Positions 37,349 to 47,392 of a stretch of 64,000 nt of DNA are shown here, piece by piece. Position 1 is the first letter of the stretch, and the number at the start of each line of letters is the position of its first letter. A program made the translations under genes and the position numbers. The notes beneath the pieces are model-generated. The model was not told the DNA's origin. It did no database searches and saw only the letters and a program-made list of their open reading frames with translations. This stretch comes from an uncultured archaeon (GTDB taxonomy: Archaea > Aenigmatarchaeota > Aenigmatarchaeia > QMZP01 > JACQNV01): contig CAYPFW010000003.1 in the NCBI GenBank assembly GCA_964410585.1, forward strand, positions 52,465 through 116,464, read 5' to 3'.

Positions 37349-39109
37349 CTACTCAATAACGGTCCACCACCTTGAATAAGAATCAAAAGCAGGGAGCTCT
37401 GCATACTCTACCAATCTGGTTGTATTAATCAATTCGTATATTGTACTCTTTTCAGTTTTATAGACAGGTTTAAACGCGTCTGAAGTCTCAAAACTAAATG
37501 GAAGAATACCATATTCATTCAAAAAACTTTTTTCATTTGCACCAAAAATAAAATATTTAGCCCCATATTTATCAATAAGCTTTTTTGAAGGTTCTTTATA
37601 CAGCGATAGAAGCTCTCCAAATCTTAATTTTACATCCTTGCTATTGTATAACCATGGTATTAGGAAGAAGGGTTCACATATTATTTCACGTCTTTCACTT
37701 AGACCAGCATAACTAGGAATTGGAGCTGTTATTATTATATCTTTGATATCTGTGTTTTCCTTTAACCATTTTGAAACTAGATATTCGTCTGTTTCTACTG
37801 TCGGTTTAACCTTATAAAATGCGAATGTTTGTATGCCCACATAAGGTATAAAAATGATTAACGCTATTATAAAAATTAATGCTGTAGCTTTCTTATTTAG
37901 TTTTTGAATAAAGTCTAGTCCCAAAAGACCTATTGGAAATACCGTATATATCATAAATCTTTCTATGTTTGTGCTATCTCTCATGACAAAAATATTAACG
38001 AAAATAAATACAAAAATTATTGAATATATCAATGTACGTTTTGGCTCTTTCGAATTGTTACCAATCACAATAGATCCTACGAAAATTAGGATAAAGAAAG
38101 AAAACTCTTTCAAATAGTTAAATGAAATTAGTGTTGCAAATGGCAAAACAAGAAAAGCCGACAGGGCTTGACCTTTAATTATAGCTATATAAGGTATAGA
38201 AACTACAAAGCCTGATATAATGTATAGTATATTAAGCAGAGACTCCTTTTTAAAATCAAGGAGTTTTCTGACACAGAATGCTAATATAACTAAAACTGAA
38301 AATCCAAAAGATAAACCGTGAATATAAATCATTGATCCGGCAATAGCACCGGATATAATGCCACTCCTAAAAGATTTTTTTTTCAGAAAGTCCAAAAGAT
38401 AATAAATAAAAATTAGAACAATTGGTAAAACCTGGTTTGGTGGATTCGCAACTTGAAAGCTTGAGTAGAAAAACGCGGCCAGTATAAATGCGAAAAAAGT
38501 GCTGAGAAGTTTATTGTTTGAATATTTTAACCCAAGCATAAAGGCAGCCGAAATAAAAAGCAACATTGAATATACTATATATATGGGGTAGGCAACAAAA
38601 ATTGGGAGACCAGAATATATTTCTTGTAATGCCATTAATAGATTAAAAAACCACGGGTAGTGATAAACATAACCAGCAAAACAACCCATCTCGGGTGGGA
38701 ATGTTTGTATGTTTTTTATATGGTTTGTTGCTGTTTGATAGAACATCGGATCGGCGCTTGCTGTATACATTGAATTAGGTAGAATTGATATTATAATCAG
38801 TAAACAAAAAATGCAAAGAAGTAAATAAATCAGTTTTCCTGTACTTACTTTTTCGATTTTTTGATGTTTTTTTAAAGATAAAATTATTCCAATAACTATC
38901 AATATTGGGACGATAATTATCGAGTAGTAAAAGCCTATTAAAGATGAAAAAATAAAAAACAGAGCTGGCATTAAAATAAGACCGAATACTTGTGGAACTA
39001 CTATCCTTTCTAGATTGTTACTTGTTTTGAAAAGTAGACGATATGGAATGTAACCTAAAAGGTAACAAAATAACCAAAAAATAATCCACATTAAAAAATT
39101 TAGCATCAT
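37349..39109 (-). CDS. Multi-pass membrane protein, probable GT-C glycosyltransferase
   Basis: Many TMs; ADP acidic loop; YHYPW; C-terminal KWLKENT...GLSERRE domain. Confidence 0.65.
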   Translation of the reverse strand: MMLNFLMWIIFWLFCYLLGYIPYRLLFKTSNNLERIVVPQVFGLILMPALFFIFSSLIGFYYSIIIVPILIVIGIILSLKKHQKIEKVSTGKLIYLLLCIFCLLIIISILPNSMYTASADPMFYQTATNHIKNIQTFPPEMGCFAGYVYHYPWFFNLLMALQEIYSGLPIFVAYPIYIVYSMLLFISAAFMLGLKYSNNKLLSTFFAFILAAFFYSSFQVANPPNQVLPIVLIFIYYLLDFLKKKSFRSGIISGAIAGSMIYIHGLSFGFSVLVILAFCVRKLLDFKKESLLNILYIISGFVVSIPYIAIIKGQALSAFLVLPFATLISFNYLKEFSFFILIFVGSIVIGNNSKEPKRTLIYSIIFVFIFVNIFVMRDSTNIERFMIYTVFPIGLLGLDFIQKLNKKATALIFIIALIIFIPYVGIQTFAFYKVKPTVETDEYLVSKWLKENTDIKDIIITAPIPSYAGLSERREIICEPFFLIPWLYNSKDVKLRFGELLSLYKEPSKKLIDKYGAKYFIFGANEKSFLNEYGILPFSFETSDAFKPVYKTEKSTIYELINTTRLVEYAELPAFDSYSRWWTVIE

Positions 39110-39534
39110 ATAAATCCTCTTATATCATTGAGGTTTAGACCTTCTATTTTTATGTGACCCAACAAATATTCAGATATTAAAGTACTCTTAGGGTTGTAGT
39201 TAGCATAAATCAACGATCCCATTGAATGCTCATCCATAATTATAGAAATATCTGCTTTACAATCTGTATAAATTCTTTTGACGTAAGAGCCGGAAACAGA
39301 GTAACATGCCTCTACAGTTTCACTACTTTTATCAACTTTTATTAATATTGTTCTATTTCCAAAAATAGATTGGTCTAGATAATAATTAACAACTTTTGGA
39401 TTTTCTAAGGATTTGAAAAATGCCTCTATGTTAGCATTTGGAGCTGTACGTTCATCATAGAATATCTTACCTACTCCAAACAGAAAGAATATGGATATTA
39501 AAATAAATACAACCATCGTATACAGCTCTTTCAT
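39106..39534 (-). CDS. Hypothetical membrane-anchored protein
   Basis: 142 aa with an N-terminal TM; ATGA-coupled on both sides. Confidence 0.7.
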   Translation of the reverse strand: MKELYTMVVFILISIFFLFGVGKIFYDERTAPNANIEAFFKSLENPKVVNYYLDQSIFGNRTILIKVDKSSETVEACYSVSGSYVKRIYTDCKADISIIMDEHSMGSLIYANYNPKSTLISEYLLGHIKIEGLNLNDIRGFI

Positions 39535-40214
39535 TTTACCACCTTGAAATGATAGATTATGCTAGTTGCCAATAAGGGTATTTTCTTTTCAAAAATGTCC
39601 TCTATCTGTGATGCAGGTTTCATAAAACTTTTAGGTGTTCCGTAGGGAAGGAACCCTTTGTGTTGTATAGAAACTAGTTCCATTCCAGTAGATTTTGCAT
39701 TTTTTAACACTTCATTTTTTGTTGGTATCCTTTCATCTCCTTCGTCCCAAGGACAAAGGTGTATGATAAGATATCTACAAAAAGGATTAGTGTAGTTTAA
39801 ATCAAATATTAAAACATCTCTTTTACTGACACGCGCTAATTCTTTCATTGAGGAGTAAACCTTATCAGGTTTCTTCAGATGATGTAAAAGCCCGACACAG
39901 TAAACCAGATCAAAGGAGTTATTCTTGAAGGGAAGTGAAGTTGCATCTCCAATATATAGAGGAGATTTTGTTTTGCTGTTTGAAATAGATATCATTTCTT
40001 GCGAAAAATCAATACCTTGGACGCTATGAGCCTTATCCAGGAGAGTCAAATACTCACCAACTCCACAGCCTACGTCCAATATTATATCATTTTTTTGGGA
40101 TATGGAACTTATAATTTCGGCCTTTCTTTGAGCATGGTGTTTATGGACATCGACTCCTCCCTTTTTTAAGTAAATAGACGCAACCTGATTAAAATGATCT
40201 TTTGATGTTTCCAT
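39531..40214 (-). CDS. Class I SAM-dependent methyltransferase
   Basis: LDVGCGVG, GIDFS, GDATSLPF, LLHHL. Confidence 0.9.
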   Translation of the reverse strand: METSKDHFNQVASIYLKKGGVDVHKHHAQRKAEIISSISQKNDIILDVGCGVGEYLTLLDKAHSVQGIDFSQEMISISNSKTKSPLYIGDATSLPFKNNSFDLVYCVGLLHHLKKPDKVYSSMKELARVSKRDVLIFDLNYTNPFCRYLIIHLCPWDEGDERIPTKNEVLKNAKSTGMELVSIQHKGFLPYGTPKSFMKPASQIEDIFEKKIPLLATSIIYHFKVVK

Positions 40215-41331
40215 TTTTACTCCTCTCTAACACCCTCAGCATACATTTAGCTGTATTTGTCCAAGAGTAGATTTCTGATTTTTTTCTAGCAGCCTTCCCC
40301 ATTTTAATAATTTTATCTGGATTATCAATTAAATATTTAATAGACTTGCCTATTTCATCGACGTTTTCTGGGGTTTTTAAAACTATTCCCTCCTTGTAGT
40401 TTGTTATAAGCTCAGCAGCACCAGCAATCTCACTTGTTATTACAGGTATGCCGGAAGCCATAGCCTCTAATATAACTAGTCCAAAAGGCTCATATAATGT
40501 TGGAAAAACAAAGATATCAGAGGCAGCAAAAAACTTTCTTATTTCTGTTGTTAAACCTATATTGTAAATAATTTTATTTTCTAAACCTAGCCCCCTGGAA
40601 AGTTTTATATATGGTTCAGGATCATCTTTCCCGCAGACAAGAAGCTTAAATTTTTTATCTTTTACATGCTTTAAGGACTTAATCAGATAGTCCAAGCCCT
40701 TCCTGCTAAAAGGGTTTCCAACGAAAAGTATAAGTGTTTCGTCGTTAGCTATGTTAAAACTTTTCCTTATTTCTTCTCTATATATTCTTTTGTTTTTTGG
40801 GTTGAACTCTTCGAGGTTAACCCCACTATAACAAACAGTTACTTTATCTTCAGGTATTTTATATCCTTTAACAATATCTCTTTTAACACAATTCGCAAGC
40901 ACAATAAATTCCCTACACATCTTAATATTTCTTTTTTCCATCCAAGAAAGCCATCCATCTGCTATTTTTATTTTTATCGAATCTCTAACACCGCGTGATT
41001 TTTTATAATCTATCCACGCTTTATAGACAAATTGCATCTCTCCTATATCAGGTGTGAAATACCTTGTGGGCTGAGCTAAAGTAATATCAAATTTATGAAA
41101 CTTTTGTATCAATGTAAGCATGAAAGTGTTAAATGCTTCTCTTAGAATTAGGTTTTTTGTGAAAACCTTTGGTGTTTTGTGAAAAAAAACATTTGGGTGA
41201 TCAATTTTATCCCAACTATTTGCAAATATATGGATTTCATGACCCCTCGATGCAAAATAGGGCACTGTTTCTATCAGATATCTAGATGAACCAAATCTAT
41301 GACACTTGCTTAGAACGATTCCTATTTTCAT
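40189..41331 (-). CDS. GT4 glycosyltransferase (WaaG-like)
   Basis: FVGN..RKGL, FPTLYEPFGLVILEAMASGIP. Confidence 0.92.
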   Translation of the reverse strand: MKIGIVLSKCHRFGSSRYLIETVPYFASRGHEIHIFANSWDKIDHPNVFFHKTPKVFTKNLILREAFNTFMLTLIQKFHKFDITLAQPTRYFTPDIGEMQFVYKAWIDYKKSRGVRDSIKIKIADGWLSWMEKRNIKMCREFIVLANCVKRDIVKGYKIPEDKVTVCYSGVNLEEFNPKNKRIYREEIRKSFNIANDETLILFVGNPFSRKGLDYLIKSLKHVKDKKFKLLVCGKDDPEPYIKLSRGLGLENKIIYNIGLTTEIRKFFAASDIFVFPTLYEPFGLVILEAMASGIPVITSEIAGAAELITNYKEGIVLKTPENVDEIGKSIKYLIDNPDKIIKMGKAARKKSEIYSWTNTAKCMLRVLERSKNGNIKRSF

Positions 41332-41797
41332 AATCATCTATAAATTCACTTATTATATCTTTTATCCTATTTTCACCTTTATTTTTTTTTATTTTCATCT
41401 TTTTAGCTTTTTTAATAGCGTAATCAAGCCTTTCAATGTTATAAACAGCAACTATTCTCTTTTGCTTTTCGAGCTCTTTAGTTATTTGCAACTGATGATC
41501 ATTTGTATGCTCATTGAATTTTTTTTGACGAGGAACAACAATAGTTGGTTTACCTAGTTTTAGTGAGCTCATTATGGATCCTATTCCACCATGGGTTACT
41601 ATGAGTGAAGAACTTTTACAAAGTTTAGAGAAATCATATTGATCTAGGTAATCAAAATATTTGCAGTTTTTTGGTGTATATTTTGTACATCCAATTTGAA
41701 TAACAATTTCCTCATCTATTGATTTTGCAACTTCATCCATCTTTTTCACAAATCTTGGGAACCCTTGATTGTGGGTACCGACTGTTGCAAATATCAT
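41297..41797 (-). CDS. Alg13/PssE-like glycosyltransferase subunit
   Basis: MIFATVGT, THGGIGS, VVPR...EH.NDHQ. Confidence 0.9.
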   Translation of the reverse strand: MIFATVGTHNQGFPRFVKKMDEVAKSIDEEIVIQIGCTKYTPKNCKYFDYLDQYDFSKLCKSSSLIVTHGGIGSIMSSLKLGKPTIVVPRQKKFNEHTNDHQLQITKELEKQKRIVAVYNIERLDYAIKKAKKMKIKKNKGENRIKDIISEFIDDYENRNRSKQVS

Positions 41798-42240
41798 AAT
41801 ATTTGACCCCCATATATGACTTTCTTATAGTGTTTAAGAAGAGGCTTCCACTGAACTATGAATTTATCGGATATTGGATGTAGTAATATCCCACTTATAG
41901 AAGGGCTTTCTACCCTCGAAAATGACTCTATAAATATTATTTTTTTACCAAATATCTTTGCTATATAGCAAAATGGCACGACAAACCCCCCTCCGTTTGC
42001 GATAACGATATCTGGCATTTCACTCAAGAAAGAAAAAAGGCTTTGAAAACAATTTTTAATAAAAAAGAAGATATTCCTTCTAGTATCGCTAATAAAGACT
42101 ACTTTTTCCTTCTTTATCAAATCTTGCGACATTGGTCTTTTAAAGGTAAGAAAAAAATGATCATATTTTTTATAAACGGGTGATAGTTGCAACATTTGCA
42201 TCATGTGCCCACCAGGGCTGCAAGCTAGGCATAGTTTCAT
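41794..42240 (-). CDS. Alg14/PssD-like glycosyltransferase subunit
   Basis: CSPGGH, FIESFSRV..PSISG, VQW. Confidence 0.9.
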   Translation of the reverse strand: MKLCLACSPGGHMMQMLQLSPVYKKYDHFFLTFKRPMSQDLIKKEKVVFISDTRRNIFFFIKNCFQSLFSFLSEMPDIVIANGGGFVVPFCYIAKIFGKKIIFIESFSRVESPSISGILLHPISDKFIVQWKPLLKHYKKVIYGGQIL

Positions 42241-42259
42241 AAATAGTTTTTATTCAGAC

Positions 42260-42267
42260 TTATATAA
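42260..42267. promoter_or_regulatory. Palindromic TATA box shared by divergent genes
   Basis: TTATATAA lies exactly midway between the divergent ATGs at 42240 and 42287. Confidence 0.55.
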
Positions 42268-42286
42268 AATATATCCAATATTGTTT

Positions 42287-44158
42287 ATGTGTGGTATAGC
42301 AGGCTTTTTTGGGTTTGAAGATAAAAAACTGTTAAAGAAAATGTGTGATGTGATAGACTATAGGGGACCAAATGATTTTGGGATGTTTTCTGATAAAAAT
42401 GTTGGCTTGGGAATAAGAAGACTAAGCATAATTGATATGAAAGGTGGGAAACAACCAATACACAACGAAAACCAGGATATATGGATTGTATTCAATGGAG
42501 AAATTTACAACTTTCCAGAACTGAAGACTCTTATCGAATCCAAGGGGCATAGATTTTACACAAAATCTGATACAGAGTGTATTATTCATTTATATGAAAT
42601 TTTCGGTGAAAACTGTGTAAACTATCTCAGAGGGATGTTTGCTTTTGCTATTTGGGATTCTAGAAAACAAGCTTTATTTTTAGCTAGGGATAGATTAGGA
42701 AAAAAACCTCTATATTATACAGTACTGGGCGACAAGATTTTGTTTGGATCTGAAATAAAATCAATTTTACAAAGTATTGAAATTAAAAGAGAGGTTAATC
42801 TCCAAGCTTTACACGAATTTTTAACTGTGCAATATGTACCGGGCCCCAAAACAATGTTTAAAAATATATGGAAACTTGAACCAGGACACACACTAACAGT
42901 TAAAAAAGAGTATATTAAAAATAAAAAATACTGGGGTATTAAAATATCTGAAAAATTAATAGATGAAAATTTTTGTAAACAAATGTGTTTAAAACTTTTA
43001 GAAGAGTCTGTAAAACTTAGAATGATGTCTGAGGTTCCGCTCGGAGTTTATTTATCAGGAGGTATTGATTCTAGTGCTGTTACAGCTTTTATGGCTAGGT
43101 TTTCTGATGAGCCCATCAACACATTTACTGCCGGATTTGGCACAAAAACAGATGAGTTTGAATATGCGAATATTATTGCTAACAAGTTTGGCACAAATCA
43201 CAGAGAAATATTCGTAGATCAGGAAAACATAAACATTCTTCCTGAAATTATATGGCATTTCGATGAGCCAATAGCAGATCCTGCGGCTTTGCCAACTTAT
43301 CTTATGTCAAGAAAAACAAAGAAGTATGCAACTGTCATCTTAGTTGGAGAAGGCGGAGACGAAACCTTTGCTGGCTATGAAAAATATCAAATAATGATGA
43401 ACATATATAAAAACAAGGCATCAAAACTTCTATTTAATAGAAAAACTTTATCTGCTGTTGCATTTGGTTTGAATATTTTAACCAAAAATAAAAAAACCCA
43501 GTTTCTTTCAGAGTTTTCCAAGGCTATAAAAAATCCACCAGAAGCATTTTCAAGGCTAAGTGCGCTTGGTTTTACTGGTTCAGAGAAGCAGGATCTATAT
43601 TCACCAAACTTAAAAAAAATAAAATATAAAAAACTCCAAATAGAGAACTTTCAACCTTCAAAAAATATTTTTCAAAATATGTTAGAATATGATATGAATT
43701 TCTGGTTACCAGACAGATTACTAATGAAGGTTGATAAGATGACAATGGCTGCTTCCATTGAAGCAAGAGCACCTTTTATGGATCATCGGCTTGTAGAGTT
43801 TTCAAATCAACTTTCACCAAAACTTAGATTGAATAAGTATATATTAAAGAAGTCTTTGATTGGGATATTACCAAAAGAAATTTTAAAAAGGAAAAAACAC
43901 GGGTTTGCCGTGCCAATAAGCCAGTGGTTTGAAGAAGGGTTGTGCAAAGAAGTGGAGAGAGTTGCCGAGTTGTCGAGTATGAGGGAATATTTTGAGCCGA
44001 AAAACATTAAAAAAATAATTGAAAATTATAGAAGAGTTAGAAATGATCACAAGCTCTGGAATATTTTAAATTTCGCGCTTTGGCACAGAATCTATATAGA
44101 AGGCGATAGTAATACACTTTTACACAGACTAACAGACAAAAATATATTTGGGTTATGA
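42287..44158 (+). CDS. asnB: Asparagine synthase (glutamine-hydrolysing)-like amidotransferase, glycan-associated
   Basis: N-terminal MCGIAG, RGP, RRLSIID, NGEIYN, LSGGIDS, GEGGDE. Confidence 0.9.
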   Translation: MCGIAGFFGFEDKKLLKKMCDVIDYRGPNDFGMFSDKNVGLGIRRLSIIDMKGGKQPIHNENQDIWIVFNGEIYNFPELKTLIESKGHRFYTKSDTECIIHLYEIFGENCVNYLRGMFAFAIWDSRKQALFLARDRLGKKPLYYTVLGDKILFGSEIKSILQSIEIKREVNLQALHEFLTVQYVPGPKTMFKNIWKLEPGHTLTVKKEYIKNKKYWGIKISEKLIDENFCKQMCLKLLEESVKLRMMSEVPLGVYLSGGIDSSAVTAFMARFSDEPINTFTAGFGTKTDEFEYANIIANKFGTNHREIFVDQENINILPEIIWHFDEPIADPAALPTYLMSRKTKKYATVILVGEGGDETFAGYEKYQIMMNIYKNKASKLLFNRKTLSAVAFGLNILTKNKKTQFLSEFSKAIKNPPEAFSRLSALGFTGSEKQDLYSPNLKKIKYKKLQIENFQPSKNIFQNMLEYDMNFWLPDRLLMKVDKMTMAASIEARAPFMDHRLVEFSNQLSPKLRLNKYILKKSLIGILPKEILKRKKHGFAVPISQWFEEGLCKEVERVAELSSMREYFEPKNIKKIIENYRRVRNDHKLWNILNFALWHRIYIEGDSNTLLHRLTDKNIFGL

Positions 44159-45180
44159 AAATTTTGATGTTTGCACCTTATTGCTATCCAGTTCCAGGCG
44201 GACAGGAAAGCCATTTGTATGAGCTTGTTAGAGCATTGGAGAAGGAAGGAGTTGAAGTTGAACTTATAACTAGGTATAATTTTTCCGATTCTAAAATCAA
44301 CACCACATTATTTTACTTGAAGTCTTTCTTTTCTCTTTTCAGGAAACAATTTGATATAGTCCATGGACACGATGTTCATGTTGGTTTTGTTTTAATGGTT
44401 TACAAATGGTTTAGTAAAAAAAGGTCTGTTCTTACAGTTCACAGCTCCATTTTTTTAGAGACGTATAGAAGGTTCCCGTGGTTGTATAAAAAAATGTTTT
44501 CAAGACAATCTGTTATATTTTCAACAAGCAATGAGATAAAAGAAGCTTGTGAGGCTGTTACAGATAGGCCAACTGTTTTTATATCAAACGGCATAGATAC
44601 TGAAAAATTTAGGCCCGATAGAAACAGTTTTTTAAAGGAGAAATTCTCAATTAAAAAAACAGACAAAATAATAATTACCACCAGAAGACTAGATAAGAAA
44701 AATAATGTAATAGCACTTGCCAGAGCATTTGACAAAGTTTCTAGAAGGAGACAAGATATATGGCTTGTTATAGTTGGTGATGGGGAACAAAGAAGGGACA
44801 TAAAAGAAATCAAAAATAGCAGGATAATAATAACAGGCTTTGTTGACAATAAGGAAATACAAAAACATCTAAATTCCGCAGATATATTCGCTATACCAAG
44901 TCTTTATGAAGCCAACTCCATCTCTTGTTTGGAGGCCATGGCGTGTGGCTTGCCTATTTTAGGCACTTCTGTAGGAGGACTACCGGATTTAATAAAAAAT
45001 AATGGTATACTTTGTGAGCCCAGTATTAGGGGAATAGAATTGGGATTAGAGAAAATATTAAACTGCAACATATCAAAATTTGAGAACAGATCAAGACTAA
45101 TGGCAAGCAAGTATTCATGGAACAAATTGGTAAAAGATTATTTAAGGTATTATCATTCCATCTCTAATAGGTATATATGA
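44155..45180 (+). CDS. GT4 glycosyltransferase
   Basis: GGQE, NGID, PSLYEANSISCLEAMACG. Confidence 0.9.
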   Translation: MKILMFAPYCYPVPGGQESHLYELVRALEKEGVEVELITRYNFSDSKINTTLFYLKSFFSLFRKQFDIVHGHDVHVGFVLMVYKWFSKKRSVLTVHSSIFLETYRRFPWLYKKMFSRQSVIFSTSNEIKEACEAVTDRPTVFISNGIDTEKFRPDRNSFLKEKFSIKKTDKIIITTRRLDKKNNVIALARAFDKVSRRRQDIWLVIVGDGEQRRDIKEIKNSRIIITGFVDNKEIQKHLNSADIFAIPSLYEANSISCLEAMACGLPILGTSVGGLPDLIKNNGILCEPSIRGIELGLEKILNCNISKFENRSRLMASKYSWNKLVKDYLRYYHSISNRYI

Positions 45181-46238
45181 TACTAACATTTGCCGGCACT
45201 AGACCAGAAATAATAAAACTATCACAAATCATACCTCTTCTTGATAAGAATTTTGATAACAGGTTTGTTTTTACTGGCCAACACTATGCTGAAAATATGG
45301 TCGATATTTTTCTGGAGGAATTAAAAGTTAGAAATCCAAATTTCTTACTGAAACCAGAAACCTCAAACTTTGTTGATCTCATTAGACCAATAGAAAATAT
45401 TGTAAAAAAAGAGAAACCAGAAACAGTAGTTGTTTACGGAGACACAAACTCTACATTAGCTGCTGCTAAAATTGCGAATAAATATAAGGCGAATTTGGTT
45501 CATATAGAAGCAGGATTGAGAAGCTTTGATAAACGCATGAGAGAAGAAATTGCGAGGATAGAAATCGATCATATAAGTGATATTCTATTTACCCCAACCC
45601 AATTGACACGACTTTTCCTTGATAGGGAGAATGTAAATGGTAAGAAGTTTGTAGTCGGCAATACAGTTGTTGATGCATGTAAAAAATATTTTAAGGAGAG
45701 TCAAAAAAGTGAGATTTTAGGAAAACTAGGTTTAGAAAAAGAAAAATTTATATTTTGCACAATACATAGAGCAGAAAATGTTGATGATCCAGAAAAACTT
45801 GTAAAACTTTTAGAAGGTATCAATAGCCTTCAATATACACTAGTCTTACCAATACACCACAGAACAAGACTTAGGTTGTCAGAATTTGGCTATAAAATCC
45901 CTTCTAATATAAAGGCTATTGATCCAGTTGGTTATTTTGATGTCCTTAATTTAATGAAAAATTCTGCATTTATAATAACAGATTCAGGAGGTATACAAGA
46001 AGAGGCTGTAACATTGAAGGTTCCATGCATAACTATAAGGGAAACAACAGAAAGATGGGAAACAATATCATGTGGAGCCAATTTTTTAGTCGGGTCAGAT
46101 CCTATACTAATAAATTATACTGGGAAAATGATTATTGAAACAAATCTAAAGAAAAAATTATCAAAAATAAAAAACCCCTATGGTGAAGGAAATTCTAGTG
46201 AGAAAATAGTAAACAAGCTAAGAAGTTTTGTGAAGTGA
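45177..46238 (+). CDS. wecB: UDP-N-acetylhexosamine 2-epimerase, non-hydrolysing (WecB/FnlC type)
   Basis: GTRPEIIK, TGQHY, GDTNS, HIEAGLRS, TDSGGIQEEA, NPYG. Confidence 0.9.
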   Translation: MILTFAGTRPEIIKLSQIIPLLDKNFDNRFVFTGQHYAENMVDIFLEELKVRNPNFLLKPETSNFVDLIRPIENIVKKEKPETVVVYGDTNSTLAAAKIANKYKANLVHIEAGLRSFDKRMREEIARIEIDHISDILFTPTQLTRLFLDRENVNGKKFVVGNTVVDACKKYFKESQKSEILGKLGLEKEKFIFCTIHRAENVDDPEKLVKLLEGINSLQYTLVLPIHHRTRLRLSEFGYKIPSNIKAIDPVGYFDVLNLMKNSAFIITDSGGIQEEAVTLKVPCITIRETTERWETISCGANFLVGSDPILINYTGKMIIETNLKKKLSKIKNPYGEGNSSEKIVNKLRSFVK

Positions 46239-47392
46239 ACTATATGAAAAATGTAAATGTATATCTTAGGATGAGTTCTCATCCTGTTTTTAAATATCTA
46301 ATAAACTATCCACCCAATGGGGTACAATATACAACTACAAAAAAATATACATTAAAAAACAATTCTCATGTCTTGAGAGTCTTCAAAAAGCATATTTGGA
46401 AAGCCTTAACAAGTTTTAGACCGCCTTATGTCAGTGTTGATTCAGGGAATAGCGACTTAATACACTCTTGTCATGGGATGTTGATTTCAAATAAATCCCC
46501 TTGGATAGTTGATGTTGAACATGCACCATCTTTTGCAAACTATAAAGCTGCATCTTTGTTGAAGCCTCAATACAGGGATCAAATAATTAGATTCTTATCA
46601 TCAGAAAATTGTAAAAAAATACTGCCTTGGACAGAAGCATCAAAAAGGTCTGTTGAAAACGCACTCAAAAATAATAAAATAAACAAAAAACTACAAGTTA
46701 TTTACCCCGCTATTGACGTGAAAAATGTTAGAATAAAAAGAGATACGAACGTTATAAAATTTCTTGTTGTTAGTAGATTTTTTTATGAAAAGGGTGGAAA
46801 ACAGGCTCTGGAGGTTTTTGAAAAACTAGACAAAAAATATGATGTAGAAATTTGTATTTTATCTCCAACCCCACCTGAAATTAAAAGAAAATATGAAAAA
46901 TTTAAAAATGTAAAATTTGTCGAAAAAATTTTTGTAACAAGTCAAAAACCAAATTCTATATTTGAAGACTACTACTCCAAGTATGACATTTTATTTCATT
47001 TTACATTTGCTGACACATTTGGCTTAGCGCTTCTTGAAGCAATGTCTTGTTCCATGCCTATAATAGGAACAGACATGTTTTCAATGCCAGAACTTATTGA
47101 GGATGAAAAAAATGGATTTCTAGTAAAATCTTCAATATCTTCATTAAACCCAGATTTTAGTATAAAATATCATCATGATTTTAGAAATATGGATATTTTT
47201 ATGAATCGTATAAAAGGTAAGAACGAACAATTGATTCAAGACGCAGTAAGCAAAGCTTCGCTATTAATAGAAAACACAAACCTTAGAAGGAAGATGGGCT
47301 GCTATGGAAAAAGACTTGTAGAATGCGGTAAATTCTCAATAAAGGAGAGGAATAAAAAATTGAAATTTGTTTATGATGAATCTATAAGGTAG
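46235..47392 (+). CDS. GT4 glycosyltransferase
   Basis: EKGG, DTFGLALLEAMS; GTGA overlap with the upstream stop. Confidence 0.85.
   Translation: MNYMKNVNVYLRMSSHPVFKYLINYPPNGVQYTTTKKYTLKNNSHVLRVFKKHIWKALTSFRPPYVSVDSGNSDLIHSCHGMLISNKSPWIVDVEHAPSFANYKAASLLKPQYRDQIIRFLSSENCKKILPWTEASKRSVENALKNNKINKKLQVIYPAIDVKNVRIKRDTNVIKFLVVSRFFYEKGGKQALEVFEKLDKKYDVEICILSPTPPEIKRKYEKFKNVKFVEKIFVTSQKPNSIFEDYYSKYDILFHFTFADTFGLALLEAMSCSMPIIGTDMFSMPELIEDEKNGFLVKSSISSLNPDFSIKYHHDFRNMDIFMNRIKGKNEQLIQDAVSKASLLIENTNLRRKMGCYGKRLVECGKFSIKERNKKLKFVYDESIR

Noticed and set aside
42203-42286. Extended N-termini in the ORF track (also 12192, 13386, 25269, 34830, 47371, 50031)
   Set aside because: Family N-termini (for example MCGI for AsnB) and overlaps with neighbouring genes support the downstream ATGs
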